A DNA stretch of 64,000 bases from Octopus vulgaris (taxonomy: Eukaryota). The notes under the pieces were generated by a model. It was not told the origin of the DNA. It did not search any database and saw only the letters and a list, made by a program, of their open reading frames with translations. Location of the stretch: positions 42,346,001-42,410,000 of the forward strand of contig OX597838.1 in assembly GCA_951406725.2 (NCBI GenBank). Direction: 5' to 3'. Each line of letters begins with the position of its first letter. The first letter of the stretch is position 1. The position numbers and the translations under genes were made by a program. Shown here piece after piece: positions 46,225-58,154 of the stretch.

Positions 46225-46715
46225 AAATGTAATGTGCAAGAAAGAAGACTGCTCTGGTACGGTTGCATGATGTGTATGAAGGCGGCGAGCTGACAGAAGC
46301 GTTAGCACGCCGGGCAAAATGCCTAGCGGTATTTCGTCTGTCGTTACGTTGTGAGTTCAAATTCCGCCGAGGTCGACTTTGCCTTTCATCCTTTCGGGGT
46401 CGATAAATTAAGTACCAGTTACGCACTGGGGTCAATGTAATCGACTTAATACCTATGTCTGTCCTTGTTTGTCCCCTCTATGTTTAGCCCCTTGTGGGTA
46501 ATAAAGAAATAGGTTGCATGATGTGTATGGATGAAGACAGCTGTATAAAGAAGAGCCAGTCACAGAATGTGGATGGAACTTGCAGAAGAGGAAGACTCAG
46601 GAAGATATAGAACAAAGTGCTGAAGGCTGGTATCAGGACCTTGAATCTCACAGAGAAGATGACATAGGACTGATATGACTAGCAATAAGTGGTTCTAAAG
46701 AAAGCACATTCATCT
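46225..46715 (+). mobile_element. RTE LINE 3' ORF fragment, split by the family A SINE
   Basis: VQERRLLWYG..MCMDEDSCIKK..VDGTCRRGRLRK matches the RTE C-terminal RLRWYGHV..RGRPRKTW pattern. Confidence 0.7.
46279..46511 (+). mobile_element. Young full-length tRNA-derived SINE (family A; GCCTTTCATCCTTTCGGGGTCGATAAA core)
   Basis: A-box-like head, B box GAGTTCAAATTCC, CpGs intact, A-rich end; 18-bp TSD GGTTGCATGATGTGTATG at 46261-46278 and 46512-46529. Confidence 0.9.
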
Positions 46716-46772
46716 CAGCAAAATTGGGTTCTGGTAGTGCTGTGTGTGTGTGTGTGCATGCATATATAAATA

Positions 46773-46856
46773 TTCAGGGGGGAGGGGGGCTGAATAAGCT
46801 CCTGGCTTTGGGTAAAAGGAAATAGAGGAGGATCAGTTAATTATTATTTTATTTAG
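46773..46856 (+). mobile_element. Possible mariner terminal remnant
   Basis: GAGGGGGGCTGAATAAGCTCCTGGCTT resembles a mariner TIR; no partner end found. Confidence 0.3.
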
Positions 46857-47477
46857 ACCTCACTGAGAGAATGACAAGGAACAAGGAGATGTGGTGATTT
46901 GCTGTACTTGATGAGATGCCTCAAGCTAAGTAAAATTGCTGTCTTCCACACAGTTCTAGGTAAATTCCACCATAGTAAATTCCACCCGCTAATAATCACT
47001 TTGGTCAGTTTCTCTAGACCATGGCTCAATACCTATGTTATTTAATCTGTCTGTCTCTCAAGTCTTAAGAAGAGAGAGAGAGAGAGAGGGAGTCTGAAGT
47101 TGAGATAGAAAATAATCTTCATAATCTACTTCAGTTGAGATGGGATCACTTTAATGTCCTCCCATTGAGCAAGAATCTATGAAAAAGACTCATCACAAAA
47201 TTTCAAAAATTATATAATTTGGGATAAAGAAAGAAAAGATTAAATTTTAGCACACATTTTATTATAACAATAGGATAAAAAATAACAGCGAGTACATTGT
47301 GAAGCAGAGTTAGGATAAGAAAGTTTAGCTTATTTAAAAAAACTTCCTAAGACAAATTGTGTGCAATACTTCTTAAAAATTGCTATGGACACATAAGAGG
47401 CACAATGGAATAATAGGGAAGTTATCAGAAAAAGTAGTGTTTGTATGTTGTGTTTTCTCAAATACTCTAGAGGCCCT

Positions 47478-47598
47478 TTAGAGGTAGTGAACAATTTCTG
47501 CTACCTAGGGGACCTGCTTAGCAAATGAGGTGGATGCACAGAAAGTATGATTGTTAGAGTAAGAATAGGATGGAGAAAATTCAGAGAGCTTTCACTTC
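47478..47598 (+). mobile_element. RTE RT fragment
   Basis: LEVVNNFCYLGDLLS.GGCTESMIVRVRIGWRKFREL. Confidence 0.7.
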
Positions 47599-47599
47599 T

Positions 47600-48270
47600 C
47601 ATAGACAAAGAAATAAGAAACCACAGTATGGTAAAAGTGATAGCCACTCATAATAAAAAGGAGTACTGGTGGAATGTACCAGTGAAGACCTCAATAAAAT
47701 GTAAGCACAATAGTCTTGATATAATGTGTACAGTTGTGAAAATTAGCTGCCCAGCGGATGTTAACTTAAAGCTAAAGATTATTGAAAAAGCGAATACCTA
47801 TGCTGAACTATTGAGAAATCTGCAGTTACTCCTTCCAGATTACAAATTCAGGTTTATACCTGTAATTATTGGGGCCCTGGGATATGTAACACACAGCCTA
47901 AATACCAATCTTGAGAAATTAGGTTTTTGAAAACCAGAAAGTAGAAAGCTAATTCAGAGACTACAGATCCAATCTATCACTGGAACTGTAAAAATCTGTA
48001 AAACTTTCCAGAAGTTTATCATCTAAATATATATGAGCAGGTCTAGGTAGGCAGCTATATGCATGAGAATACATACATAAAACAAAACATACAAATCTGC
48101 ACACATACATACATACATACATACATACATACATACAAACAAACAAACAAACAAACAAAAATACCCTGTTGAAATTCCAATGAAGGAGCCTTGGATCTGG
48201 GTTAGAAACTGGCTCTTTCACTTTTGGCAAGAAATCTTGAAATAAAGTTGAATAATGAGATACATACATA
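47600..48270 (+). mobile_element. 3' end of an RLE-type (R4/Dong-like) non-LTR retrotransposon
   Basis: WWNVPVKT..KHNSLDI..ISCPADVN..EKANTY..IPVIIGALG matches the restriction-like endonuclease domain; 3' UTR with (TACA)n/(CAAA)n and AATAAA. Confidence 0.72.
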
Positions 48271-48546
48271 TATCACAATAGTGTGTGTGCCAATGTGTGT
48301 GTGTGCCAATGTGTGTGTGTCTCCGTAAATATAAATTAGTAATAAGGATTCCTTATGAATCAAAGTACATCAACATGTAGGATGCCAGAGCTCACAGTGA
48401 AATAAAACATTATAGACTTCTAGTGCAAGCAAGGTACCATAGATATGCAAGTACCAAATCCAATTTGTAACATCAATCTGACTCACCAGTGAATCCTTGG
48501 TATAGCATAAGTATAAGATAGTAAACATGAATGGCATTTTAAATCT

Positions 48547-48683
48547 ACAGCTGTTTTGGTAGAATTTATTTAATGAAGTCATAAAAGATTATGTCATAAT
48601 ATACAATCCACCATCATCAGATAAAATTTTAAACCGATAATCTTTTATAACTACAGTAAATAAAATTCTACCAAAACAGCTGT
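48547..48683. repeat. Inverted repeat (~46-bp arms, ~44-nt loop), MITE-like
   Basis: ACAGCTGTTTTGGTAGAATTT...ATAAAAGATTAT versus ATAATCTTTTAT...AAATTCTACCAAAACAGCTGT. Confidence 0.85.
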
Positions 48684-49289
48684 CATAAATTTTATATATA
48701 TTTATAATATAGTGGCATGCACGGCAATGTGATTAAGCAGTTCACTTCCTAACCACATGAGTGAATGAATTTGGTGGATAGAAACTATCTTTCAGTATGT
48801 GGGTGTGTGTGTGTGATAACATGTCTGGCAAAGGAAAAACAGATAATGGTTGGCAACAGAAGGGCATTCAGCCATAGAGAATTTGCATCGATGAATTCTG
48901 TCTAATCCATGCAAGCATGGAAAAATGGACATTCAAATCGTGTTGATGATATACAAAGCTTACTTTCCCATTGATTTACTTGTTATAAATTCAGATTTGT
49001 TCTAACAGAATTTCTGAAAGTAAAAAAAATACAACCACTTGTATTTCTGAAAATAACACTTTTTAAGTACATGTGCACGCATGCGCACACACACACACAA
49101 AACTTTAAAGAGCCTTGCAATTGAGAATCAATACACTTACAGTAATATTATCATAAGGTCACCACAAAGGATGTTTACTGCTCTGTGATGGAAGGTGATA
49201 GAATGAGACTTACTACAGCTTCAGCATTCAGGAATTTATCCAGAGTTGTTCAACTCTTATGCACCATGTCTCTATATATAATTCATTGT

Positions 49290-50690
49290 GGAAAGTGAGC
49301 TGAATATGAACTCCTCTTGTTATTTTCAAGTTATATCCATGATTAGAAACATTATCTCTAAGTGCCAACTCTTTAACCTTATTCTTTGCAGCCAACCGAA
49401 ATGGGAGTGGCTGGGCTGGAGCACCTGGATCCTCTTCTTGTCAGTTGTAACACACATGAATATTTTCACTAAAGTTGACTTCTTTATTGGTTAATTGGTC
49501 ATTCTACACTCCTCTGTAGCTCTTGTTTCAACACAGCATCGGCAGCTAATTAGACGAACCTTCTCAATGTGATTCTAGCAACCTAGCAACTCGACCAGTT
49601 GATTCTCTTCCTTTGAACTAGCTGTAAATATGCACTGGAATTCTTTTGGACTCTGAACATGATCAGGAATCTCCTGCAGAACTACTATAAACAAGTTCAG
49701 AATGATGTTAACAATACATTTGTATATGATGGAGCTGTGGGCTCTTGAGATAGAGATTCCCAAGGAGTATCCTGTCTCACTACTCTCTTTGTGAGAGGAA
49801 TGAATGTTTTGACTCAGTATGTTGCAGAGTGTACTCAAATCATTGTCATTTATGACGAGAGTTATGGCACCATCAGTGAAAGCTCCCACGCATAATTTGA
49901 CAATCCTGTCAAGCCAGAAAGAAGAGACTGATGGAGACTTGCAAAAGCTCAAAGAGTTGATTTAATGAATTCAGTTGAACTCCCTGGCAAGGGAGAACAA
50001 AAATGTGTGCTCCAGGAAAGGGTGATGATGGGAAAGCAATTTCAGATAAATGGAGAAGATATCCAAAGGGATTTTGAATCAGTGGGTGAAGAATCTGAGA
50101 CATTGGGATAAGAGTTGATAAAAGGATTCAGGATCAAGTGAGTAGCTTAAGTAGATTGAAAGGGTATTGATTCACGGAAAAAGAGAACTGTTATGCTGTC
50201 AATCTGGATTGCCACCAAGAATAGGCACTTGTAATTAAGAGTTGAATGCATACAGCTAATGATGGTGCACCCAGCCATAAGAAGAAGCTAGATGTGTCTA
50301 GAATATTGTCTGATGTAGTTTTGCTTGGTTGTTTAAGGAAACCGTAACAGTCATTTTACAGCAGTGGTGTAAGAATTTCATGCAGGCAAGATGCACCTGC
50401 TTATGACGACAAAGATTGTCTGGAGATGCAATTGATGCCAAGGTGAGGCTTCCAATTCATTATGGACACAAGTGAAAGGGAAGAGAAGAGGCTACAAACA
50501 AAACTGTTATACATGTGAACTGAAGGGAGATCTTGGATGTAGAGCAGACTGGCAGAAGAGCAGTCGTTCAACTGGAACTTCATAGTAAGCGGTGTCAAAG
50601 AAACAGAGAAGTGGTGCAGGGCCACAGTGGCACCACAACAGGGACTTCAGTATGCATGAATATCATGGAATGAAGTGAATCAGAAATGTA
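49290..50690 (-). mobile_element. Old degenerate LINE (endonuclease-to-RT linker region)
   Basis: GC-elevated block with broken minus-strand ORFs, including SSFW...DG.. linker-like motifs; many stops. Confidence 0.4.
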
Positions 50691-52303
50691 TCTTATAGAA
50701 GGATCTATATTCAGTGTTAATAGGATCAAACTGGTTTAAGATAATCTTGTCAACAACCCAATACCTCATGACCACAGAATATCTATTTATTTTTTTCTGA
50801 CTTATATTGTAATTCATAAATAACAGTGTCATAGGTTATAGGTTTCCAGCAAGTTACTCCCAAGTTCACCATATTTCTGAAAGTGAGAGTAATAAGGGAG
50901 TGACTGTAACCTGGTGCAGAACACATATCACAAGTAACTTCATTTGAAGAGCGCCATTTTTGGATTTTTTCTTGTTCGTGTTTACATTTTTCCCTGAGAA
51001 ATACACACACACACACATGCACACATGCACGCACACACACACACAAACACACACACACGCAAACACGGTTGTGAGGTAAACTTCTTAACCACTGAGTAAT
51101 GTTTCTGCAGATATTTTCTCAATTCAGAAATATGGAAGAAAAATCAATCTCATTATAATTTGGCCAAATAAAGGCAACATCACCACCAGCACCACCAGCA
51201 CCACCATCATTATCTTTTAACAGCCATCTTCCATATAGGCATAGTTTAGGCAGTTTGACAGGATCTGATTGTTCCAAGAACTACATTGTGTTCCAGTGTC
51301 TGCTTTGGCATGGTTTTTATGGCTGGACGCCTTTCCTAATACCAACTTTTTTACAGAGTGTACTGGGTACCGTTTTCATGGCACCATGTAGCTTGCAAAA
51401 GTAAAGTCCGCTTGAACTGAGAGGGGCTATGGCAGAGAGTGCGGTAGCTTTATGATTAAAAAATGAGTGGTTAAAGTATGAAAGAAGGGGCCAGAACAGA
51501 ACAGGTTTCATGGTGTAGGGGGATACATGGCTACTCATGTTTCAGAAGAGTGACATGAAAAACTAAACCATAATATTTTTAGTTCTTTACCATTCATCAA
51601 AGATGACCTCATGACATTTTCTAGTATATTAACTTAACTAATCAACCACTCTCTTCATTTATATAACTATCAATATGAAAACAGTATTTGCTTTCATGTT
51701 AAATAAATATCACAAGTTCTGTGGAGTGTTTTTCAAACAAGTTTTCATCTTTTGACTTTGGGATGAATGAATGTTAGCATAGTAATTAAAGGAAACAAAA
51801 CAAACGAGGAACAGAGAGAAAAGAAGGAATGGTTTGGGAGGTTTTCACAACAATTAAAATTAACTTTATGGTTCAACTCTTTCAAACAAATATGTAGATA
51901 TGAATAGGAACAAAACCCTATTCAAGCCAGATAATAAACCATTAACAATAATAACCTGCTTTCAGAATATATTTTCATTTGAAGTTGAGGTGAGAGAATT
52001 CAATGAAAATGAATGTAAACAAATTGTCATGTAGAGCAAGTGAACACCTCTTTTTCTCTTTCTCTTTTTCTCATTCTCTTTCATTAGCTTCTTTTTAAAA
52101 GAATATTTTTGTGTGTGTGTGTATGTTGAATAATCACTTTTTTATTCACTGATTATTAAATCAGAAGACCATGTGTGATGTTTCTGCAGATTTTTTTCTT
52201 CTTCTTCTTTCTCTCTTTTTGAAATGGTGGGGAGGCAATTTCCCATTGGTTTCTCCAGATAAAATTAGAATTTCTTCATTTTCTTTTCTGGCAGCTAAGT
52301 GAA

Positions 52304-52523
52304 TTAACTGTTTAGCATTTAGACTGGCCATATCCAACCTAAATATTCTACCTGTTTTATATTCAGACTGGCCATATCCAACCTATCACACCTACCTACA
52401 ATGTCATACTAAAAAGAAACAATCACATCAAACTCTCAACACTACAAGATAATAAATGAGAACATTTGACATGGGAGATAATGCATTATATTTGACAGAG
52501 TAGTCTGAATGTCAAAGGGTTAA
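52304..52523. mobile_element. piggyBac-type MITE family E
   Basis: TTAACTGTTTAGCATTT...GAATGTCAAAGGGTTAA; internal 21-bp direct repeat AGACTGGCCATATCCAACCTA. Confidence 0.7.
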
Positions 52524-52789
52524 AAACATATGCAGTTGGATCTTCTGCTCTGAAGGATAGAGAAAACACCCGCAGAAGATTTAAATACATCTCATATGAC
52601 TTGGTAGTTTGATTCACCAAGCCATTTCCCCATAATTCTAAACAGTTTAAAAGTAAAGTACATAGCTCAACACTTTTCCTAATTTTATTCAGAACAATAT
52701 TCATCACTTTATCAATCTGGTTATGTATCCATCTATTTGTACTGTTATCATTCTGTATTTCCATCCATTTTTGCTGGTCACTATTCTAA

Positions 52790-53035
52790 GGAAGGTTATG
52801 GGAGTAGAGTCTGCAAGCACCTTCTCCATAGGATCCTACCTGAAGCATACCATTATTAAACTTTCCTGTCGGATTCCTAAGAGTGACCCACTGAGACCAT
52901 GGATATACTCCAGTCATCTCACTTTTGGTCTACCACTGGGTTCCCTGCCAGGTGGCTCAGCTTGAAGAATCTGTCTTGCAATCCTTTTATGAGGCATTCT
53001 AACTGCGTGCCCATAGTACCAGAGCTGTGACGTCT
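52790..53035 (-). mobile_element. RTE-clade LINE 3' fragment
   Basis: SQLWYYGHAVRMPHKRIARQILQAEPPGREPSGRPKVR*LEYI..LLGI. Confidence 0.7.
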
Positions 53036-53532
53036 ATATTTGTTTATTTGAAATTTCTCATACCCCTCTGAGTTGTAAAATAAAAGAATCTTAAGTAGAT
53101 GTTAGGGAGTTTGACCAAAGAAACCTTAAGTCTAGTCATATCTAAAAATATTGGGTCTCACAAAAGTTGTCATTTAGACCAAAGTCAGTTTTGACTGAAG
53201 AATTCAGGCCATAGCCATCTTATTACTTATTTTCAGGAATTGTGTACATTGGACTATATTATTCAAGTCCTTTATTTAAATGTAAGGAAGATTTAACTAT
53301 TATTTCTTATAGAACAGGTGATCATATAGAGATAATCTCACAAAATAGATGATGCACGATTGAAGAACATAAAGTAATAATGTATTGCAGATCCATCTCA
53401 GATTAACACTAAAATATGATTGTTAAATATAAGACAGTTTGTCATTGTTTTTGCATCTATTTCTCCATGTTGGAGGAAGGATTTTTTTTTATCAAGTGTA
53501 ATTTTTTTTGTGCAGTTTCTTTTAAATAGTTA

Positions 53533-53850
53533 TAGGCATGGTTGTGTGGTTAAGGAGCTCTCTTTGCAAGCAAATGATTTCAAGTTCAGTCCCACTGTGC
53601 AGCACTTTGGACAAGCGCATTGGGCCAAACAATGCATTGCGAGTGAATTTAATAGTTATAGGCATGGTTGTGTAAGCCCAGTGTAAATGTGTGTGTGTGT
53701 GTGTGTGTGTACTCCTCTTATTGCTAGAGAACAGGTGTTTAAGTACTAGACTTAAAGAAATAAGTACCGGGGGTCAACCTGTTCACCTTGAACCATTCAA
53801 GGCATTTGTTCCAGCAAGGCGACAGTCCAATGACTGAAACAAATAAAAGA
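53533..53850 (+). mobile_element. SINE family B copy with a duplicated head segment
   Basis: GGCATGGTTGTGTGGTTAAG...GTTCAGTCCCACTG; AATAGTTATAGGCATGGTTGTGT occurs near 53525 and 53651; tail TGACTGAAACAAATAAAAGA. Further eroded copies near 15503-15660, 18405-18555, 48715-48800 and 54975-55120. Confidence 0.65.
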
Positions 53851-54126
53851 TTAAAAAATATTGATGACAATGATCATCACCCTCATCTGTTTGTCTTCAG
53901 TTGAAATCAATAGTTTCTGTTATTCTTCCAAGACAAATATAAGAAGCTTTAGTAATAAAAATTAGTTGCATTGATCCTTATTCAAAGATTACCATTATAT
54001 CATAGCCATCTGCTGTGGACCTTGTAAATGAGGTACCTAGTGATTTTAGGGAAGAATACACAGCATTGGATTCCTGGTATTTTCTCCAGACCTATGTCAC
54101 TGTAAGCTTATGAGACACTTGTGATG

Positions 54127-54320
54127 CTGAGCATCAGGGAAAATGCTTTCCAGTATTTCTTTTGGCTCTTTATGCTCTGAGTTCAAAACTAGCTGTGGTA
54201 AACTTTACTTTTTATCCTCTCGGGGTTGACACAATAAAGTATCTGCTAAGTACTGGGAGTAATGTAATCAATGAAACCCGCTTGCTTCAAAATTACTGGC
54301 CTTGTACCTAAATTAGAAAC
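54127..54320 (+). mobile_element. SINE family A copy, diverged
   Basis: TGAGTTCAAA...TTTTATCCTCTCGGGGTTGAC...GGCCTTGTACCTAAATTAGAAAC. Confidence 0.65.
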
Positions 54321-54582
54321 CATTAATTTTGCAGCTTCTGTGGCTGACAACAAAAATATATACAAATACAACTGCAGTCTGAGCTTGCAAAAGTTAAGGG
54401 ATTCAGTCATAGATATTAGGCCGGGATCTATAAGGAAACATGTATCATTGGTTCTTTGGCTAAGAATCTTTTGATTCAGGCATTTACAGTTCTTTAATCC
54501 ATTTTATTCCAGCTTTTGTATTAAGAAATCTCAAAACTGTTAAAGACAAGCTGTAATTTACCTTTTGTATTTTCCATTTTAG

Positions 54583-54939
54583 ATTTTGAGAAAGCTGCTT
54601 CATTTCTCAACGAGTTTCTATTAAAGCTTAGTGAAGATGTGGAATGTGCCGAGTTACGAGACTCTCTTACACTGGCACTGTTACATATGCAGAAATACTA
54701 CCGCATCTTACAGTGTCGTAGCCAAGAAAAAAATGCATATCAAGCAAATATGCTGCCTCTGTCTGCAAGAAGTCTCAGTCCAATGACACCATTTATTGAT
54801 GCCCCAGATAAGTTTTTATGGAAATGGACAAACTTGGAAAGTACAAAACTCCGAAACTCTATGTCATATATACTACCAAATATTATTCAAGCCACAAAAG
54901 AAGGAGACATTGAGAAAATTTTAGAAATAGTTATGCAAG
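54583..54939 (+). CDS. Internal coding exon of an unidentified gene; its end resembles the start of an ankyrin repeat
   Basis: Polypyrimidine tract + ttttag acceptor; 357 nt open, phase 1-1; G|gtaat donor. Non-repetitive peptide FEKAASFLNEFLLKL...LPNIIQATKEGDIEKILEIVMQG. Confidence 0.7.
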
Positions 54940-55482
54940 GTAATTTATTTATATATTTATTGATACATTGTCACTGCATGCCACCTGGGCAAGCATCTTC
55001 TACTGTAGCCTCAGGTCAACCAAAGCCTTGCAAGTAGAATTGGGTGATGGCAATTAAAAGAAGCTCTTTGTATTCTTCTACATATATATGAATCTGTGTA
55101 AGGATGTGTGTGTGTGTGTATGTGTTAGTATCTCTTGGTCTACACACTGAGTGATTGTTGAAAACATGCATCACTATCAGTATCTTTTGTTTCCAATCTT
55201 CCATGAAAACATGTCTGGCCATGGGGAAATATCTTCTCACTTGGAAACAGGTGAGGGTTGGCAACAGAAAGGGCATCCAGTCATAGAAATCTGCTTCAAC
55301 AAATCCCATCAAATTCCTGTAAATAAAAGGGGATGTTAAAGCAATGATGATAAATGTAAACTAAATTCATCCTGAGCTTGTAATTTTGTACTTTGCATAT
55401 CAAAGATGAGATGCATTTTTAAAAAATTGAAACGTTATTAATGCTTTTTTTGTTTTTTTTTTGCTAATCTATGTTGCTTATA

Positions 55483-55601
55483 TTAACCTTTTAGCATTCA
55501 GATTACTCAGTAGGTGTAAAGGGTCGAATCTGGAAAATTTTAACGTAAAACAGGTTGAATATTTGAACCAGATAAAGTCAGTTTAAATGCTAACAGGTTA
55601 A
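55483..55601. mobile_element. Internally deleted family E MITE
   Basis: TTAACCTTTTAGCATTCAG...AAATGCTAACAGGTTAA; another reversed piece at ~11275-11418. Confidence 0.6.
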
Positions 55602-55884
55602 ATGAACAATAGGATTTGATTTTTATCCTGAAGTTATTTTCCCTTTACAGTATTAGTTACAAATTAGATATGCATGGATGCTTTGGTCTAAAAATATACC
55701 TGAAAAAAAAACCTCATTATTTTTATGGAAAATATAAAAAGAAATACCTGTAAAATAATCAAATATCAAATGTTTGTTTTCTTTGACCACTCATAATAAG
55801 AAATATCTGTCAGAAAGTGATTAGCCATATTAAATTTTGAAGGAGATAGAACTGAAAGATTTTTCAAACTTTTCTTGAAGCTTT

Positions 55885-56062
55885 TTATTACCCTATTCCC
55901 AATGAAATACACAGCTTTTTAAATCAGTTGTCATTATTAAACTGGTGTTTAGAACAACATGAAATTTTGATAGAAGGTTTTAGCACAGATCACTTTAAAA
56001 CAGGAAGTTTATATCATGGAACCAGGGGTGGTCACAAGGTGGATTGGTATCAAAAGAATTAA
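55885..56062. mobile_element. piggyBac-type MITE family D, reverse orientation
   Basis: Reverse complement of the 33042 outer element, ending GGTATCAAAAGAATTAA. Confidence 0.55.
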
Positions 56063-58154
56063 TGTATTAACAACCCCAAAATAAAATAAAATTGCTAAAG
56101 AATCAAAACCATATCAGGAATTTTTCCACAGATACAGAGAAACGATTCTTAGCTTTATTTCAGTAACTATTTCTTTTAGTTGATTGATGTTTATTTGGAT
56201 ACATATAGCAAGTACATTTGTTTAGGGCTGTATTAGAAGTTTACAAAGCCATAGGTGCTGAATGTTACTACCTGCTGTGATAACCAGCCAGGCCTGGATT
56301 TTTAATATGATCAATGACAAAAAGAAACTAGTTTTTTAGTGAGCCTAAGAACTTCAAAGAAGTGATACTCAGCTTACATAACTGAAGAATCTCTTTGGAA
56401 TTTAATGTCAGTTTTATTGAAGATAACATTCCCAGGAAATCTGGTATCTATGGGAACTAATAATAATGCACAATGCTTAGAGATGAAACAATATCTCTGC
56501 AGATGATTAAAACTCAACACATCTTCCTGTGTTAGTAATTCTGTATTCAACAAATCAAAATTAGGTTAAAATAAATTATCTTATTTGTGTTGTATCAACC
56601 TTTCTGACAAATAGCTAACACTTAGAGTAGTTGGCCTTAGAATCAGTGAATAAAAAAGTTCTTGCAACTAGGTTTGTAGAAATGTGTCATGCTGATTACA
56701 AAGGAAAATATAACAATTAAGATGTATAAAGAAAGAAATCTAAAGATATCTTTCAAAAGAATCAATGAAATTACTCACCGAATTTTGATCTTCTAAAGAA
56801 AAAGAAATTGGTATCTTTTGGGGAGTATTTTTTCTTTTAAGATTTAATTTGAACAAAACTGTAATGTAATTGCTCAGCTCTAATGAAAATTGTAATTAAG
56901 AGTTAACGATCTCATTTTCCATTGGAATTATTCCAATGGAAAAGAAAATCGTCAATTGTTTCTAACACAGTTATAATTTCAAGGGTAAAATAAGAAAATG
57001 GAAATTTGTGCTGTTCGTGCCTTTTCTGGGCTTGGGTGGGAATATTTGCATTGTAAATGAAATGGTTCTAACAAGAACTGAAGCTGAGCTGCAAACTCAT
57101 GTCAGTGATAATTTACTGCTTTGCCATAACCCTCAGTCATGTATACAATATCAAAAGTTAAATTCTTATATAGGTGTAAGATGTTTAAGCAGAAAGAAAT
57201 TAGGGTGCTGTGATGTTCATGCCTTTCCAACAAGTGTGAGGAAGTAAGCAATTCTTATTGAGGAGTGAATATGATTTGGAGCACTGGTTGAAAGGTTTTA
57301 AGTTCAAATTACTACAAATTGATTGGAGAGTAAAAAGTGAATTTTTTAAAAATTGAAATAAGTTTTTTTTATATCACCTATCACTTAACACATGCACATA
57401 ATTGCAATTTCGTGGAATATTCACACTTATTTACATGGCAGATATATGCAATTTAACTAAAGGTTGTTTTTTTTTGTTTATGGGAAAAATTGAAAAATAA
57501 GAGTGAATATTTATTTTATGAGTGCTGTGTATGAAGTCTATAAAATTCTGCATAAAGTATATAATTGGCTTTAAGTAATGATCGTATTCCAATTTCTTTC
57601 ACTTTCCATACAGACACAACACAAGCTATGCTGTAAGGTTTTTTGGATAAAGTTTTCAGAAATAACACAACAGGTTTCCCATTAATTTCGTGAAATACTC
57701 ACAGGTCCTGCTAGTATTATTTAAATTCACTTACATAAATTAGTTTATGGCTTGTATTGGTTTTGAGAACATACAAGAATCACAGACATGTTATAGCCTT
57801 GAGTTGACATTAAAAGTCATCAAAACCAAGCAGATATTTTATCAGTTCAGTGAGATAAAATGAAACAAGCCTCAGGGCAGCAGAAAGCCATAACACTGTC
57901 ATGAACTTTCCAGCTCATTCTATCAAACCTAAGTACAATAAGTACACACATATTAATACTCACACTCCGAGACATGCACACAGACACACACCTATATATA
58001 TATATATTCTTATATATACACACACACACACACACACACATGTATATACTTACATATATACATATACACATGTATATACACACACACACATGTATATACT
58101 TACATATATACATATATATATATCATCATCGTTTAACGTCCGCTTATATATATA

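Noticed and set aside
48170-48260. Hammerhead-like CAATGAAG...GAAAC in the RLE element 3' UTR
   Set aside because: The core deviates from CUGANGA and no stem I pairing can be drawn.
57614-57632. 19-nt micro-exon candidate (ttccatacag...CT|gtaagg)
   Set aside because: The splice signals are plausible, but the peptide does not continue the ankyrin-like pattern and it may lie within a Helitron remnant; it needs RNA evidence.
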